Positions 21,948 through 32,900 of a stretch of 64,000 nt of DNA are shown here, in pieces. Made by a program: the position numbers and the translations under genes. Under the pieces are notes generated by a model, which saw only the letters and a program-made list of their open reading frames with translations, had not been told where the DNA came from and did no database searches. Source of the stretch: Meyerozyma guilliermondii (lineage: Eukaryota); assembly GCA_051546255.1 (NCBI GenBank), contig CP128819.1:62001-126000 (forward strand). Direction: 5' to 3'. Positions within the stretch are counted from its first letter, which is position 1, and every line of letters starts with the position of its first letter.

Positions 21948-23784
21948 GTCTATCATTCAAGGTGCTATAAACGCTCAGACTCGTGTTAAAGCTTGAAAGG
22001 GGAAAGATATATTCTTCCTTTTCTGTCTTGGTCAATAGTTTGGGGCTGCCTATGGTTCTTTTCTTTGGAAAAAACATGAAGATAATACCCATCACGATGA
22101 AAATGACCCAAATACCGACAAAACCTAATGCCACATAAAGTTCAATGAATAGCATGTGTTCAAGCAGGTTTGTGGCTTTTACCATCTGTGTTTCTAGTTG
22201 CTTGCCATAACGAAGAGGAGCAGCTTCCGTGACGTCTTTGAACAAATCGACTGGTAGTTGTGGTAAATCGATAACCAAGTGTTCATTGAGCCAGGTTATA
22301 CCTTTTGTCACAGCCACTATTTTGCGTCCAATTACACAGTACACAACAACTTCAAATGGTTTTGATAGTGCCGTGTTGCCAGTAACAGTGTGTATCGTCA
22401 GGTTAATTTGGTGAAGAATATCGGTTAGTGTATCGTTGACGTTTGTGGATGCCTTCATATACCAACCCAAAAGATTTTGATTGAGAGCTTTGGATTGTGC
22501 TTCGATATAATTGTTGGTTTGGGCTGTATACTGAGAAAGAGACGCTTGAAGCTGCTTGGTTTGTTCTGGAGATGAAACGGTATCAATGAGGTTTTTGAGC
22601 TTGTTTTTCACACTGAGTAAAAGGCGGTATTGGAGAGTAAACGATATTACCCCAACGAGTCCTATGATAATCACCACCATCGCATACTTGGAAGTTAGGT
22701 AGTTGCAGATCCAATAGTACCTTGGGTTGACTTTAAGTTTAGCCATATAGTAAATTGTACGATTTTGGTAAGTTTCCAACGCATTACCTATTGCCAAAGG
22801 CAGTGATTTTTCACGCACAGAAATCACGAAGATGTCTCTTTTTACAAAATTTCTCCTTTCCACGAAAACCAAGGCAATCATAGCAATTACAGAAAGCGAA
22901 GCCAACACTATAATCATAATCAGTGCTATTTTTGCTGCGTCGTTTTTGAAATCGACAATTGAATTTTTCACCTCGGTGAGATCGAAAGTGACGTTTTTTG
23001 CAGCCGATGGACCATAGTTTGCAACTACCATTTTCGATGAGTCAATGGGTCCAAATAGGTCCAGACCGCTAACGTTTTTATCAAAATGGGTTAGTGGAGC
23101 CGTGAGGAGATTTATAGTGGAATTTTTCAAATTATCAAATTCATCTAAGTTGAGTCGAAACGAATCCAATTCATTGGTGACAGAGCCAGGGATTTGCAAG
23201 TTACGCAATTTACCCAAAGATAAGTTGATTGAGGTTACCGAAGGTTTCTTACCGTTTGTGAACAAACTCAGAACGGTATTGATGCTATTTTCAATAAACG
23301 ACGATATGCTTTCAAGACCAGATTCCACCTCAGAAGTCACCGATACAATAGTGGTATTCAAGCACTTTAAAGTAGCCTGAGCCGAATCTAGGGCAAAGTT
23401 GACGGAAGCCTGGGCTGCTGCATCCAATAAACAAGTGAAAGTGCCCAAAAAAATTTCCATATAAAAGCCAATTAGTGCTCTTATCACTGATACCAAAAGC
23501 AATAGACTGAGTTTAAAGTTTGATTTTAATTGTTGCAACTGTTCTGCTATTAATTTATTGGTCAATTGGGTCAATTGAGCAGGAAAATTGGTAGCGGTGG
23601 ATGCAAATTGATCTAGTGATACATTTATAGTATCGACAAGGTCCATGAGATGGTCCAAGGTCAGGCGAAGAATGAGCAGAAAAGTGTACACTTTAACTGC
23701 CAACAAAACGAATGCAATAGTGTATTTGTTGCACCATACCTGGGAGCATACCTGGGACAAGGTTAGATAGTAACGGGGAGCCAT
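21937..23784 (-). CDS. PRM1: Pheromone-regulated plasma-membrane fusion protein
   Basis: YLTLSQVCSQVWCNKYT N-terminus, YMEIFLGTFTCLL, VYCVIGRKI, several TM segments; ATG 23784; PREs directly upstream. Confidence 0.88.
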   Translation of the reverse strand: MAPRYYLTLSQVCSQVWCNKYTIAFVLLAVKVYTFLLILRLTLDHLMDLVDTINVSLDQFASTATNFPAQLTQLTNKLIAEQLQQLKSNFKLSLLLLVSVIRALIGFYMEIFLGTFTCLLDAAAQASVNFALDSAQATLKCLNTTIVSVTSEVESGLESISSFIENSINTVLSLFTNGKKPSVTSINLSLGKLRNLQIPGSVTNELDSFRLNLDEFDNLKNSTINLLTAPLTHFDKNVSGLDLFGPIDSSKMVVANYGPSAAKNVTFDLTEVKNSIVDFKNDAAKIALIMIIVLASLSVIAMIALVFVERRNFVKRDIFVISVREKSLPLAIGNALETYQNRTIYYMAKLKVNPRYYWICNYLTSKYAMVVIIIGLVGVISFTLQYRLLLSVKNKLKNLIDTVSSPEQTKQLQASLSQYTAQTNNYIEAQSKALNQNLLGWYMKASTNVNDTLTDILHQINLTIHTVTGNTALSKPFEVVVYCVIGRKIVAVTKGITWLNEHLVIDLPQLPVDLFKDVTEAAPLRYGKQLETQMVKATNLLEHMLFIELYVALGFVGIWVIFIVMGIIFMFFPKKRTIGSPKLLTKTEKEEYIFPLSSFNTSLSVYSTLNDRPIS

Positions 23785-23821
23785 GGAAATGAAAAGGAAA
23801 AAATGGTATTTAAGGAAAAAG

Positions 23822-23849
23822 TGAAACATGGTGAAACAAAGTGGAAACA
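23822..23849. promoter_or_regulatory. Ste12/Cph1 pheromone response elements (PRM1)
   Basis: TGAAACA at 23822-23828 and 23832-23838; near-match GGAAACA 23843-23849. Confidence 0.7.
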
Positions 23850-24227
23850 ATCACGAGAACAAAAGGAAAATAACGAGAAGAACACAGAAAGAAGAGGGAG
23901 GGAGAAGAAGGAGAGTAGACAATATAGGGTGAGAAAGCAGAACTGGACAAAAGTACCATAGTCTTTGTTGATGGACAATTTGCAACCGTACGGAACTGGA
24001 TATATATGCAGGAAGAGCATTTTCGAAATCATAACCAAGAGATTGAATGTGAAGTCATAATGATACAATGATTCAGAATGATCAGATTGGTTTATATGAC
24101 TCGACATGATCTACAAAGGTCAGTTTTTCTTTTTTTTTCGTTTCCTTTCTCTGGTGGTTCGCACCGATGTCGTGGGTGTACCGGTGCTCGACTTAGGGAT
24201 GGCAATTTGTCTTCTCACAACAACATC

Positions 24228-24509
24228 ATGTCAGACTCGGAACAGCCCAAGGAAGAAAAGCCCGACAACACCCACATAAACCTCAAGGTGTCTGATGGCT
24301 CGGCAGAGATTTTCTTCAAAATCAAGAGAACAACTCCTATGAGAAGGTTAATGGAAGCGTTTTGTAAAAGACAAGGAAAGAGTATGGATACCATTAGATT
24401 TTTAATTGATGGAGCTCGAGTCGGACCAGATAACACTCCGGACCTGTTGGAGTTGGAAGATGGAGATGTTATCGAGGCCCATCGTGAGCAAGTTGGAGGA
24501 AATATATAG
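24228..24509 (+). CDS. SMT3: SUMO
   Basis: [21 protein letters not shown]...[15 protein letters not shown] 24228. Confidence 0.97.
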   Translation: MSDSEQPKEEKPDNTHINLKVSDGSAEIFFKIKRTTPMRRLMEAFCKRQGKSMDTIRFLIDGARVGPDNTPDLLELEDGDVIEAHREQVGGNI

Positions 24510-24813
24510 GAATGCAGAGATTGATGAGAGGTGTAGACAACGATAACAGAAGAAACTGAAGAGAACCATAACCAAGAGATAGCAAGAGACGAGAAGCAAG
24601 AAAAAAGAAGCAAGAACAGAAAGCAAGAACAACACAATAAAACAATAGAAGAGATAATTGCTCTTACGTATTTGTCGGTCGGTCGGTCGGCAATGACATA
24701 ACCGCTTACACCGGGCAGTGCGGGTGGCCAATATGCCGCGGGTGTTTAGGTGCGCAGTTTAAAAGCACGCTCAAATCGCCATTCTTCCTTCATAACTTCC
24801 AAGGTTAATCAGA

Positions 24814-25045
24814 ATGTGCAGAGCTGAAATTTGTTCCATTTGTCGTATGTATACACCGTTTTGTTTTGTGTAACTCCACTAACTCAGATAACAAGTCATG
24901 GATTGGATGTGGTAATCACATCAGTTCCGTTATGGACGTCACCCCTAAGGATAAGTGGTGTACATGTGAGCCCGCTGATGATTCGAGTGACCCCAATTAC
25001 CCACCCAAGGCGGGAACGGGATTTGCGAGAAAGACCACTGATTAA
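24814..25045 (+). CDS. Hidden spliced Cys-rich microprotein, 62 aa: exons 24814-24844 and 24888-25045
   Basis: GTATGT donor 24845, CACTAAC branch 24877-24883, CAG acceptor 24885-24887; spliced product MCRAEICSICHNKSWIGCGNHISSVMDVTPKDKWCTCEPADDSSDPNYPPKAGTGFARKTTD; A at -3 of the ATG. Confidence 0.85.
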
Positions 25046-26012
25046 GAAGAGAAGAAGACAATGAAGAGAAATAAGATGGATGAAGAGAAATGAGTAGTGA
25101 TAGGGGAAGGGGAGTAAGATGCTCAAGTCAGAAGTGAAGAATTGTAAGAATGGACGAAGGTTCCGTCGCATGGAAGACGGAGAGACTAAACAGTTGACTT
25201 GTTTGTATAGTGTACATAGAAATCACGTTTGCTTTCGGATCTTATCGAAATCGTCACCAGTACACCATCAGGTTCTCAGCACGCTCTCATCTGCAGGCAC
25301 AGACCACCACAGAACGGTTTGCGGGGAACCGCGGGTTAATGAATGTCCCCACATTTAAAACCGATACTACCGCCGCTGTCACGCGTCTCGCAAAATTTCG
25401 CATTCCCAATTGGCCCATTTTGGCCGCTCTAATTGCGCAATTTTTTTCATGCGGATTATTTTCCTATTCGCCTGATGTTTGTAGCGGGATCGCCTGACGT
25501 ATGGAAGTTGGAGTCCTGCAGACAGCCCTAAAGTTTCACACGGCTTTGGTCTCGTCGACATTACGTCATACCGGGGTTGGCATCTGAGCATGACGAAGCA
25601 GCGGGGAACACGTCAGCCTTTAAGGTTTTATATTCAAACTGTAAATTCGCGTCGTGGATAATTGGCATATTGTGCGTCTTCTAAGTGTTTTTTTTGTAGT
25701 TTTTCCTTTGCTGCGGTCCCCAGTTTTATTGCCAATTCCACTACGCCTCTTCTCGCGCGGACTGTACCTGGACGAGATCTTACACCAACGTCCCCAGACT
25801 CAGGCAAATTGTCATTACGCACTTGCTACGTGAATATTTTGGGAATTTAGGATCGCGTACTAAACTGCTAAACTGAACTACTACTACTTACAATCACCCT
25901 TACAATCCACAACCCAGTGGCAACTTATAATTTGCGGTCTCATTGTCTTTCGTGGAATTGGTCTTTCTGAAATTGGTCCTTATTCAATTTATTATAAGAA
26001 ATCCGTTTTTCA

Positions 26013-27815
26013 ATGAACTTTAGCTACCCAGACTTTCTAGCGCCCCTGGACAACAAAAACCAAAAAAATCAAAATGTCAATCACCAAAATGCCAACGATT
26101 TCAATGACCTCTACAACCGCTTGGCGTCTCTAGACCAGTCCAACCTTGGCCACTCGCCCACTTCAAGACCCATGGCTGAACCCCCTTACGGACACAACCA
26201 GTTTTCGCCCCATTTTGCTCCTTCAAATGGCTCTTTTGGCCAAGATACCTTCAATTTGCCCATCGAACTTCAGGGCGGAATCGGCACAATTTCGTCTAGA
26301 CGACCCAGTTACGCCGCCGAGTCGTTCACCAGGTCCGATCCGCCGTTTTCAATGCCGGGAGGAGCCTTTAACTCAAAAAATACCTTGGCTACGTTTGCCG
26401 CAGTGAACAATTATAACAACCACCGGTTTAATTTGGACATGCTCAACGACTCGTTCACAAATTTTAACTTGAACTCCAATTTCTCCGACTTTCAGCAACG
26501 CCGGCCCAGCCAGCTCGTCGAGTTCCAGAGCCTGCTAGCTCCAAACCCTCCGGAACTCAATTTGAACCAACCCGCTAACACTCGCGGAACCGCCAACGGA
26601 ACCGCCAACGCAACCGGTGTCAATTTGGAAAACGGTCTTCTTCTCCACGACCAGTACATTCTGGCGTCTCCGGAACTCAAGCAGTTGTACCTGAAGGCCG
26701 CGAAATACTTCCAGAACGTGGACACCACGGCGGTGATAATCTCACAAATCGAAGCGTTGCTCAACAAGCCACAAATCATGAAAATGATAACCTTTATAAA
26801 AAACTTGAACAACCTCACATTCAACCATAAACTCTTGTGTCTTGTGATCAACAAGAATGGAAAGTTTGATTTGTTATCGTACCCCAATAGTTCAAACGTC
26901 TCGTTGCGAAAGAACGATTTGGTAGTCGTTGATGGCGACCGTGGGAAAGACTTGGTGATGATTTTGGAGCCTTTGGTCAACCTCAATTTTGCCATCTTGT
27001 TCAATTTTTTGAAGAAACTCGAACACTTAAAATCACTTACTATTTATGATAGTCACCAGAAACAGATGTCTTCCAAGAAGAATTGCGGAGGCACCCATTC
27101 AACTTCTATGGATGCTACCGCTATCGTCAATTCTCCTTCGAATGAAGATAATGAATTTATTATAACGTTGCCCACCAAGCAAGTGTTGAGACTTGCGACA
27201 CCTAAAGAAGTGCAGAAATTGAGCAACAAGTTTCTTGAAGAAAAAAGGGCTTTCGTGACCTGCTACAACAAGATCAAAGAGTTGAATTTGAATAACGATC
27301 TTCAGTTGATTAATGTCGAGTATCAGTTTGATTTCAAAAAGTTGATCTTTTACTACTTTGCTGGATTCAAGAGAATTGACTTTAGAGGTTTGATCAAAGA
27401 GTTGTTCAAGATTTACAAAACTCGAATCTGGCTTTGCGCAGTTTTACCCTACGACAAGCCAGAGACATACATCACGATGGCAGATGGAACCAGTGAAGTT
27501 CCCAGAGTCACCAAAGTAGTCAATCTGATTCCTCTTGAGTACGATTTGACCAATGACGAAGTGGTCAATTTTTCCCTCGATGACCTTGAACGAGTAGCTT
27601 CACCAGAGTACTTCCACCTGAAAAACTTGCTCAATTTGATCCAGCATGTGAACAATGAAGTCAATGGTAACTTTTACGGATTCAACAAACACGACCAAGA
27701 TGCAAGCTCCAGAGGCATGTATGAAACAAGAGCAAATAATTATAGACCCCCAAAACAGCCGTCGGCAATAGCGTCCAAATTTAATCCTTTTGGCGATGGC
27801 GGACAGTTTCACTAG
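26013..27815 (+). CDS. PSP1: PSP1-family protein (Asn-rich N-terminus, PSP1 C-terminal domain)
   Basis: RRPSYAAE; DLVVVDGDRGKDL; EYQFDFKKLIFYY...RIDFRGLIKELFKIYKTRIW. Confidence 0.8.
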   Translation: MNFSYPDFLAPLDNKNQKNQNVNHQNANDFNDLYNRLASLDQSNLGHSPTSRPMAEPPYGHNQFSPHFAPSNGSFGQDTFNLPIELQGGIGTISSRRPSYAAESFTRSDPPFSMPGGAFNSKNTLATFAAVNNYNNHRFNLDMLNDSFTNFNLNSNFSDFQQRRPSQLVEFQSLLAPNPPELNLNQPANTRGTANGTANATGVNLENGLLLHDQYILASPELKQLYLKAAKYFQNVDTTAVIISQIEALLNKPQIMKMITFIKNLNNLTFNHKLLCLVINKNGKFDLLSYPNSSNVSLRKNDLVVVDGDRGKDLVMILEPLVNLNFAILFNFLKKLEHLKSLTIYDSHQKQMSSKKNCGGTHSTSMDATAIVNSPSNEDNEFIITLPTKQVLRLATPKEVQKLSNKFLEEKRAFVTCYNKIKELNLNNDLQLINVEYQFDFKKLIFYYFAGFKRIDFRGLIKELFKIYKTRIWLCAVLPYDKPETYITMADGTSEVPRVTKVVNLIPLEYDLTNDEVVNFSLDDLERVASPEYFHLKNLLNLIQHVNNEVNGNFYGFNKHDQDASSRGMYETRANNYRPPKQPSAIASKFNPFGDGGQFH

Positions 27816-27910
27816 ATAGAAAATAGAGTCCACCTGGAACGGTGTAGAGATGCTTTCGCAGCCAAAATTTCAGTAGTCGCATTTCACTGTCGCGATTTTT
27901 TGAATCAACA

Positions 27911-28723
27911 ATGTTCACCTATCTCAATAGTTCCTCCTTTAGGAGGTACCAGCTCGATTGGGTATGTGGCTTAGCCATTCTAGTATACTTTTTCGTGGTT
28001 GCTGAACACGCAAAGCCTTTTTTTCGTCAATTTTCTTTGGATGATCCAACAATTCAACATCCTTTTGCCGTCCACGAACGAGTTTCAGGAATCGCTTGCA
28101 TTCTTATTTCGGCCATAGTGCCCACCGTGGTCATTCTAGGAAGCGTACTTGTCAAAACACGGAACTTTAGGTTGAGCAATGACCAACTTCATCTTATACA
28201 AGTTTCAATTTTGGGACTTTTGCTTTCATTGGCGATTTCCGGAACCGTCACTGATATCCTTAAAAACTGGATAGCACGCCCAAGACCCGATTTTCTTGCT
28301 CGTTGTGGCCCCAAGGAGGGAACCCCTGTAAATCAGTTGGTGGGGGTCGAAGTGTGCACATCTCCGTTGGGAATTGCCGTGTTGATCGACGGAATGAGAT
28401 CAACACCTTCGGGCCACTCGTCCATATCCTTTGCTGGAATGCTATATTTGACGTTGTGGCTCTATGGTCAGACTCAGGTTTTCCTGAAAAGACAGCCGAT
28501 CTACTTGACGTTGGCGTGCTCATTGCCGCTTCTTCTTTCAAGTTATATCGCCTTGAGCAGAACCCAAGATTATAGACACCATTTTATGGATATCGTTCTC
28601 GGAACATCCCTAGGCGTATTCATGTCTGCCACCGTCTACCACCGGTATTTCAACGGGATTTTCAGCGAAGACTCAAACAAGGTCGCAGAAGAGGGAGAAG
28701 TATTGCCTCTCTATAATAATTAA
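27911..28723 (+). CDS. PAP2-family lipid phosphate / DGPP phosphatase (LPP1/DPP-like), copy B
   Basis: KNWIARPRP, PSGHSS, SRTQDYRHHFMD; clear paralogue of 2600-3331. Confidence 0.92.
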   Translation: MFTYLNSSSFRRYQLDWVCGLAILVYFFVVAEHAKPFFRQFSLDDPTIQHPFAVHERVSGIACILISAIVPTVVILGSVLVKTRNFRLSNDQLHLIQVSILGLLLSLAISGTVTDILKNWIARPRPDFLARCGPKEGTPVNQLVGVEVCTSPLGIAVLIDGMRSTPSGHSSISFAGMLYLTLWLYGQTQVFLKRQPIYLTLACSLPLLLSSYIALSRTQDYRHHFMDIVLGTSLGVFMSATVYHRYFNGIFSEDSNKVAEEGEVLPLYNN

Positions 28724-28846
28724 AACAAACAACCACGAAGTTTCAGAGTTCTGTTGGAGCACGCCCAAAACAAGTTTTCATTGTGATTCAGCTAATCCGG
28801 TCGAAATTTGGCTGTTTCTCACCGCCAAACTTCTTTGAATAAAATC

Positions 28847-28887
28847 TGAAACACTTGCAACAAATTTGAAACATATCGAGTATAAAA
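28847..28887 (+). promoter_or_regulatory. Two pheromone response elements plus TATA (FUS1-like gene)
   Basis: TGAAACA 28847-28853 and 28867-28873; TATAAAA 28881-28887. Confidence 0.75.
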
Positions 28888-28918
28888 GCAAAATGGATTC
28901 TTCCCCCCTCCAATATCC

Positions 28919-29893
28919 ATGCCAACAGACACAGACTATACCATTCTCCTCACAGTGACAACCACTTCCACCTTGGACTCTTCATCTTTGCGTGGTGGAC
29001 ACAAGACGGTTATCACGATACCAAATGTTACAACAGCCACCCTCACAGTTGCTCCGTCGAGTCAAACACCCAAATTAAGTACAACCTCAGACACAGAAGA
29101 TGAAGCTTCGCTGACTCAAAAGCTGCAAATTACTACCAAGTCGTCTTCCAACTCAAGAGCTTCCGTAACCACTCATCATAGCCTGGCATCTACTATCGGA
29201 CTCTCTGGAAACTCAAAAGCGTCTAATTCCTTACGGGACGACAACCTGTTGAAATTGGGACTTTCAGTTGGTTTGCCAATTGCAATTATCTCGTTGTTCG
29301 TTGTGGGAATTTTGGGCTGGTACTATATAACCCGCCGAAATGCAAGAAAGGGTCTTACTCTCCAACAACGTGATGGCGAATTTATCACGTTTAACGGCTC
29401 AGAGCTCAAGCGTGAAGACTCAGAAACCACCAGAGTTCACGATGAAAATGTGTCTAAACGAAAATCCGTGCGGGCTGTTTTTGACCGTGTTGGTAGATCT
29501 ATTCGAGACAGTGCCTTATTTCCCATCAATGGACGAAGTGATAAACTGGCTGGTGTCTCTCCCTTCATTTTGAGACGGTTCAATTTGAAAACAGAACTTG
29601 AAAAACCACTACCGAAAGTGCCTTCTGCTCAAGACAGTCTTCCAGATATGGAGCAAGCAGTGCCCAAATTAGACCCTAAGACGTTCACTTCAACCGCACG
29701 ATTGGTTCAAAGACCATACAACAAAAAACTTTTTGACGAATTGACTATAGAAGTTGGTGATGTTGTGCGCCTCATTAAAGAGCATACCGATGGATGGAGT
29801 TTTGTACAGATGGTGATGCCGGCAAATTCGAGGTCTGGGGGAACCAACAAGGAGGGAATGGTACCTACTATGTGTCTTAATGCACTACATTGA
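28919..29893 (+). CDS. FUS1: Cell-fusion protein: Ser/Thr-rich ectodomain, single TM, C-terminal SH3
   Basis: Architecture S/T-rich + GLSVGLPIAIISLFVVGILGWYY + SH3 (DELTIEVGDVV...DGW...EGMVPTMCL); PREs upstream. Confidence 0.75.
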   Translation: MPTDTDYTILLTVTTTSTLDSSSLRGGHKTVITIPNVTTATLTVAPSSQTPKLSTTSDTEDEASLTQKLQITTKSSSNSRASVTTHHSLASTIGLSGNSKASNSLRDDNLLKLGLSVGLPIAIISLFVVGILGWYYITRRNARKGLTLQQRDGEFITFNGSELKREDSETTRVHDENVSKRKSVRAVFDRVGRSIRDSALFPINGRSDKLAGVSPFILRRFNLKTELEKPLPKVPSAQDSLPDMEQAVPKLDPKTFTSTARLVQRPYNKKLFDELTIEVGDVVRLIKEHTDGWSFVQMVMPANSRSGGTNKEGMVPTMCLNALH

Positions 29894-29975
29894 AAAGTAT
29901 AAAGTTAGATTCGTATAATACAATAATTGCACATTGTTATAAAAAGTATGTCGTCCACTCCGCTTGGAACTTACC

Positions 29976-32900
29976 CTAAAACTGCCGTCCATGTTGAGGC
30001 TGATGCTGGCCAGGATTCTGGGGTTGTTGGCCAGGGTTATGTGGCCGTGGTTGGCCCTGGGGTTGGAATTGGTACTGATATTGTTGCTGAGTCGGATTGT
30101 TATAAGATCTCATAGCAGAAGGATTGGCACTTTGTGGATATTGCCGGTAACTGCTAGATGGTGGAATACCTTGCTGTTGTACTGGACGTTGTTGAGGTAC
30201 GTTTTGATAAGTGGCAGATGGAGGTATTCCATAATTGGCAGGTGGCTTTCTATGCCCGTGGTGTCCCAGTGGTGGTTGCTGCTGATGCTTGGGATAGTTT
30301 GGTGAGATAGGCTGACCATAAGCTGGCTGTGTGTAAACTGGTTGTCCATAAGTTGGTTGACTATAGGCTGGTTGTCCATGATTTGGTTGCACTGGAGGTT
30401 GAGACAGTCCGCCTGGTTGTGAATAGTTCTGAGGATATCCTAAAACCCGCTTTCCATGAGCCTTTGGAACTGGTTGTGCCTGAGGCTGGTACCCAAATTG
30501 CAGCGATTGTGGATACTCTTTCTTCTGCGGCGGTGCTTGAGGTACAACTTCAGCTTCTGGTCGAGGGTATCTTGGAGCTGAAGAGGGCATCGGGTTAGGA
30601 GCTGCTGACCTCAACGGGCGAGAAGAAGATTGAGGTTGCTGTTGGGGTTGAAACTGAGATTGAGGTTGAGGTTTTTGAGATTGGTGTTGAAGTTGAGGCG
30701 GTTGTTGAGACTGTTGTTGAGGTCTCGACCGTTGCACATGCAATTCTTGCGCTGGATAAGGTCGCTCTTCATCAACCTGGAATGAAGGTAGATTCTGCGA
30801 CATGTTTGGTGAAGTAATGTACTTTGGTTTTCCCACAGGAGGTAACTTTGGTACTTTACCCATACTGGTTGACTGATATGGAGGATCATGTACATCCTGA
30901 TTCTTGTCACCTTCTTCAGAGTAAGGCGACGAGTGCCCGCTGGCAGCTGACTGCGAGTGAATCGATAAATGGTCTCCTTTTGCTGTCTCGGGTGTACCTT
31001 GAGGAACATTGCTGATACTCAGTGCGAGATTCAAGGAGGGTTTGGACTGAGCGATCGAGGTAGTGTGGGCAGGAGGTGGTGGAGGTGACGACTCGAGACT
31101 GTCGTCCAGGCCATAATGAACGTTATGCAACGGGCCTTTTTTGTGATCAACAGCCGAAGCGTACTGGCGGTTGAACTCGTTATACTGAGTCGTTGGTGAC
31201 TGGACAGACGAGTAGCTGCTGTCACGCTGACCATAGGTAGGAACCTCAAGAGCACTACCTTCGTCGTCATCGTCGTCGCTGAAAGCAATGTCCTCTTTGG
31301 GATAGGAGCCCACAAACTTATCCCCCAAATGCATCGACTGGAAAGCAACAGGAAGGTCCGATTCCTCAAACCGCTCTGGGGACTTGTCAAGAAGTTCGTT
31401 TCTGTCGGTTCTGAATTGATCGGAAGGTGTTTTGAGCGTCAGATATTTCTGGTATATGTCTGCTAGTTCAACCGACTTATGGTGGTTGTTGGAAGCAGGA
31501 GCATTGAGACTACTTGCAGCCAACGCAGTACCAGCAGAAGCACCAGCGATTCCAAGGCCCATTCCGTTATTGCTTCCAGCCGTAGTCACAGGAGTCTGAA
31601 TCTTGAGATTATTGTAATTCTTGTTGATGGAAGACGTTTGCGGCAACAGGTCAGAGCTGAAACCTCCAGCCAAACGGTCAGAACTGCCGCTCCGAGACGT
31701 GGAACGATCGTAGGATTGCTTGGGTGGAGGAACTGGACGAGAAACACTGCTGCTTGCGCTTCGAGTTCCAGTACTGCCGGAGCTCGTGCTAGTCATTCTA
31801 GGACTTGAAAGCGAACTTACAGCACCAGCGACACCACGGTCACTACCACAGCCTTCATATCCTCGGTCCAATTTTGCTTTCATGATCGCTTTGAGGTTGG
31901 AGTTCCACTGCTTGACATCCCATGAGAACATACTATCGGTTTGCGCAAATTTGTCGAGGTCAGATAATTCAAGGTAATGAACACGCGGAAGCGTAGGAAG
32001 ACCAAAAAGAAGAGATTCAGGGTCAATTCTATCTGCCTTGAGTCTCTTTGGACGTCCATACAAACCAAAAGAGTCGAGTAATGGCATAAGGAACCTAATC
32101 AAGGTGTCGAAACCCGGCACAGACGAATGCTGTTCGGGCATAAGAAAGATCGAGGTATTCTTGAAGTCGTCAACCGATTTTTTTGAAGTTTTGGTCGAGA
32201 GAGACGGGGATTTGAAGTTGATGAATCCTTCAAGTTTCAACATTGTACTGTGGTCGATCAACATGTGAGATTGAGGAAACACTGCAGTGACAGATGAAGC
32301 GTTAGAAACGACGGCCATGAGTTGTTTTTTCTTCTTTTGTTCGTTTTCAAAGAACAAAATCCGACCAGGAGTGAAGCTCTTCTTTTTAGAAGTCGACGGT
32401 TGCACCACTGCATAACACCGCTTCCAAGCCATTCCTGATCCGTAACGGATAGATACCCAGTCTTCGTGGTCAAATCTTTTCTCGGCCAACACAGTACGAA
32501 TATCCAGGAGACGGGATCCTCTGGCTGAAAGAAGGGCGGCGGTATAGGCCTCTTGAAGGGATTGGTATTCGTACGAAGCAAGACGGAGCGCAAGATACCA
32601 GTTGACTAGTTCGTTGTACGACTTCAATTGGATGATGTAGCGGTTTTTCAAGGTGGTGGACACGATAATCACATTGTCAAGGTTCTGTTTTGCGGCCGGA
32701 AGCGTCTTCATGGCATTATACACGGAATCTGTGAAATTGATATAATTGGGTTTAGCCGAGGTTTCCAAAAGCGCCTCTGGGTTTGACCGGTATTCCGCCA
32801 AGTGTGCTGCGTCCCAATACGCCAACTGGTTGCCGGTTAAAATGCCATAAACCTCTTTCCACTCGCGATCAGCCGGTTTCCCATCTCCGTTCAAATCGTA

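Noticed and set aside
24831..25064. 77-aa TTG-start track ORF between SMT3 and PSP1
   Set aside because: A different frame from the spliced Cys-rich gene, which explains the region better.
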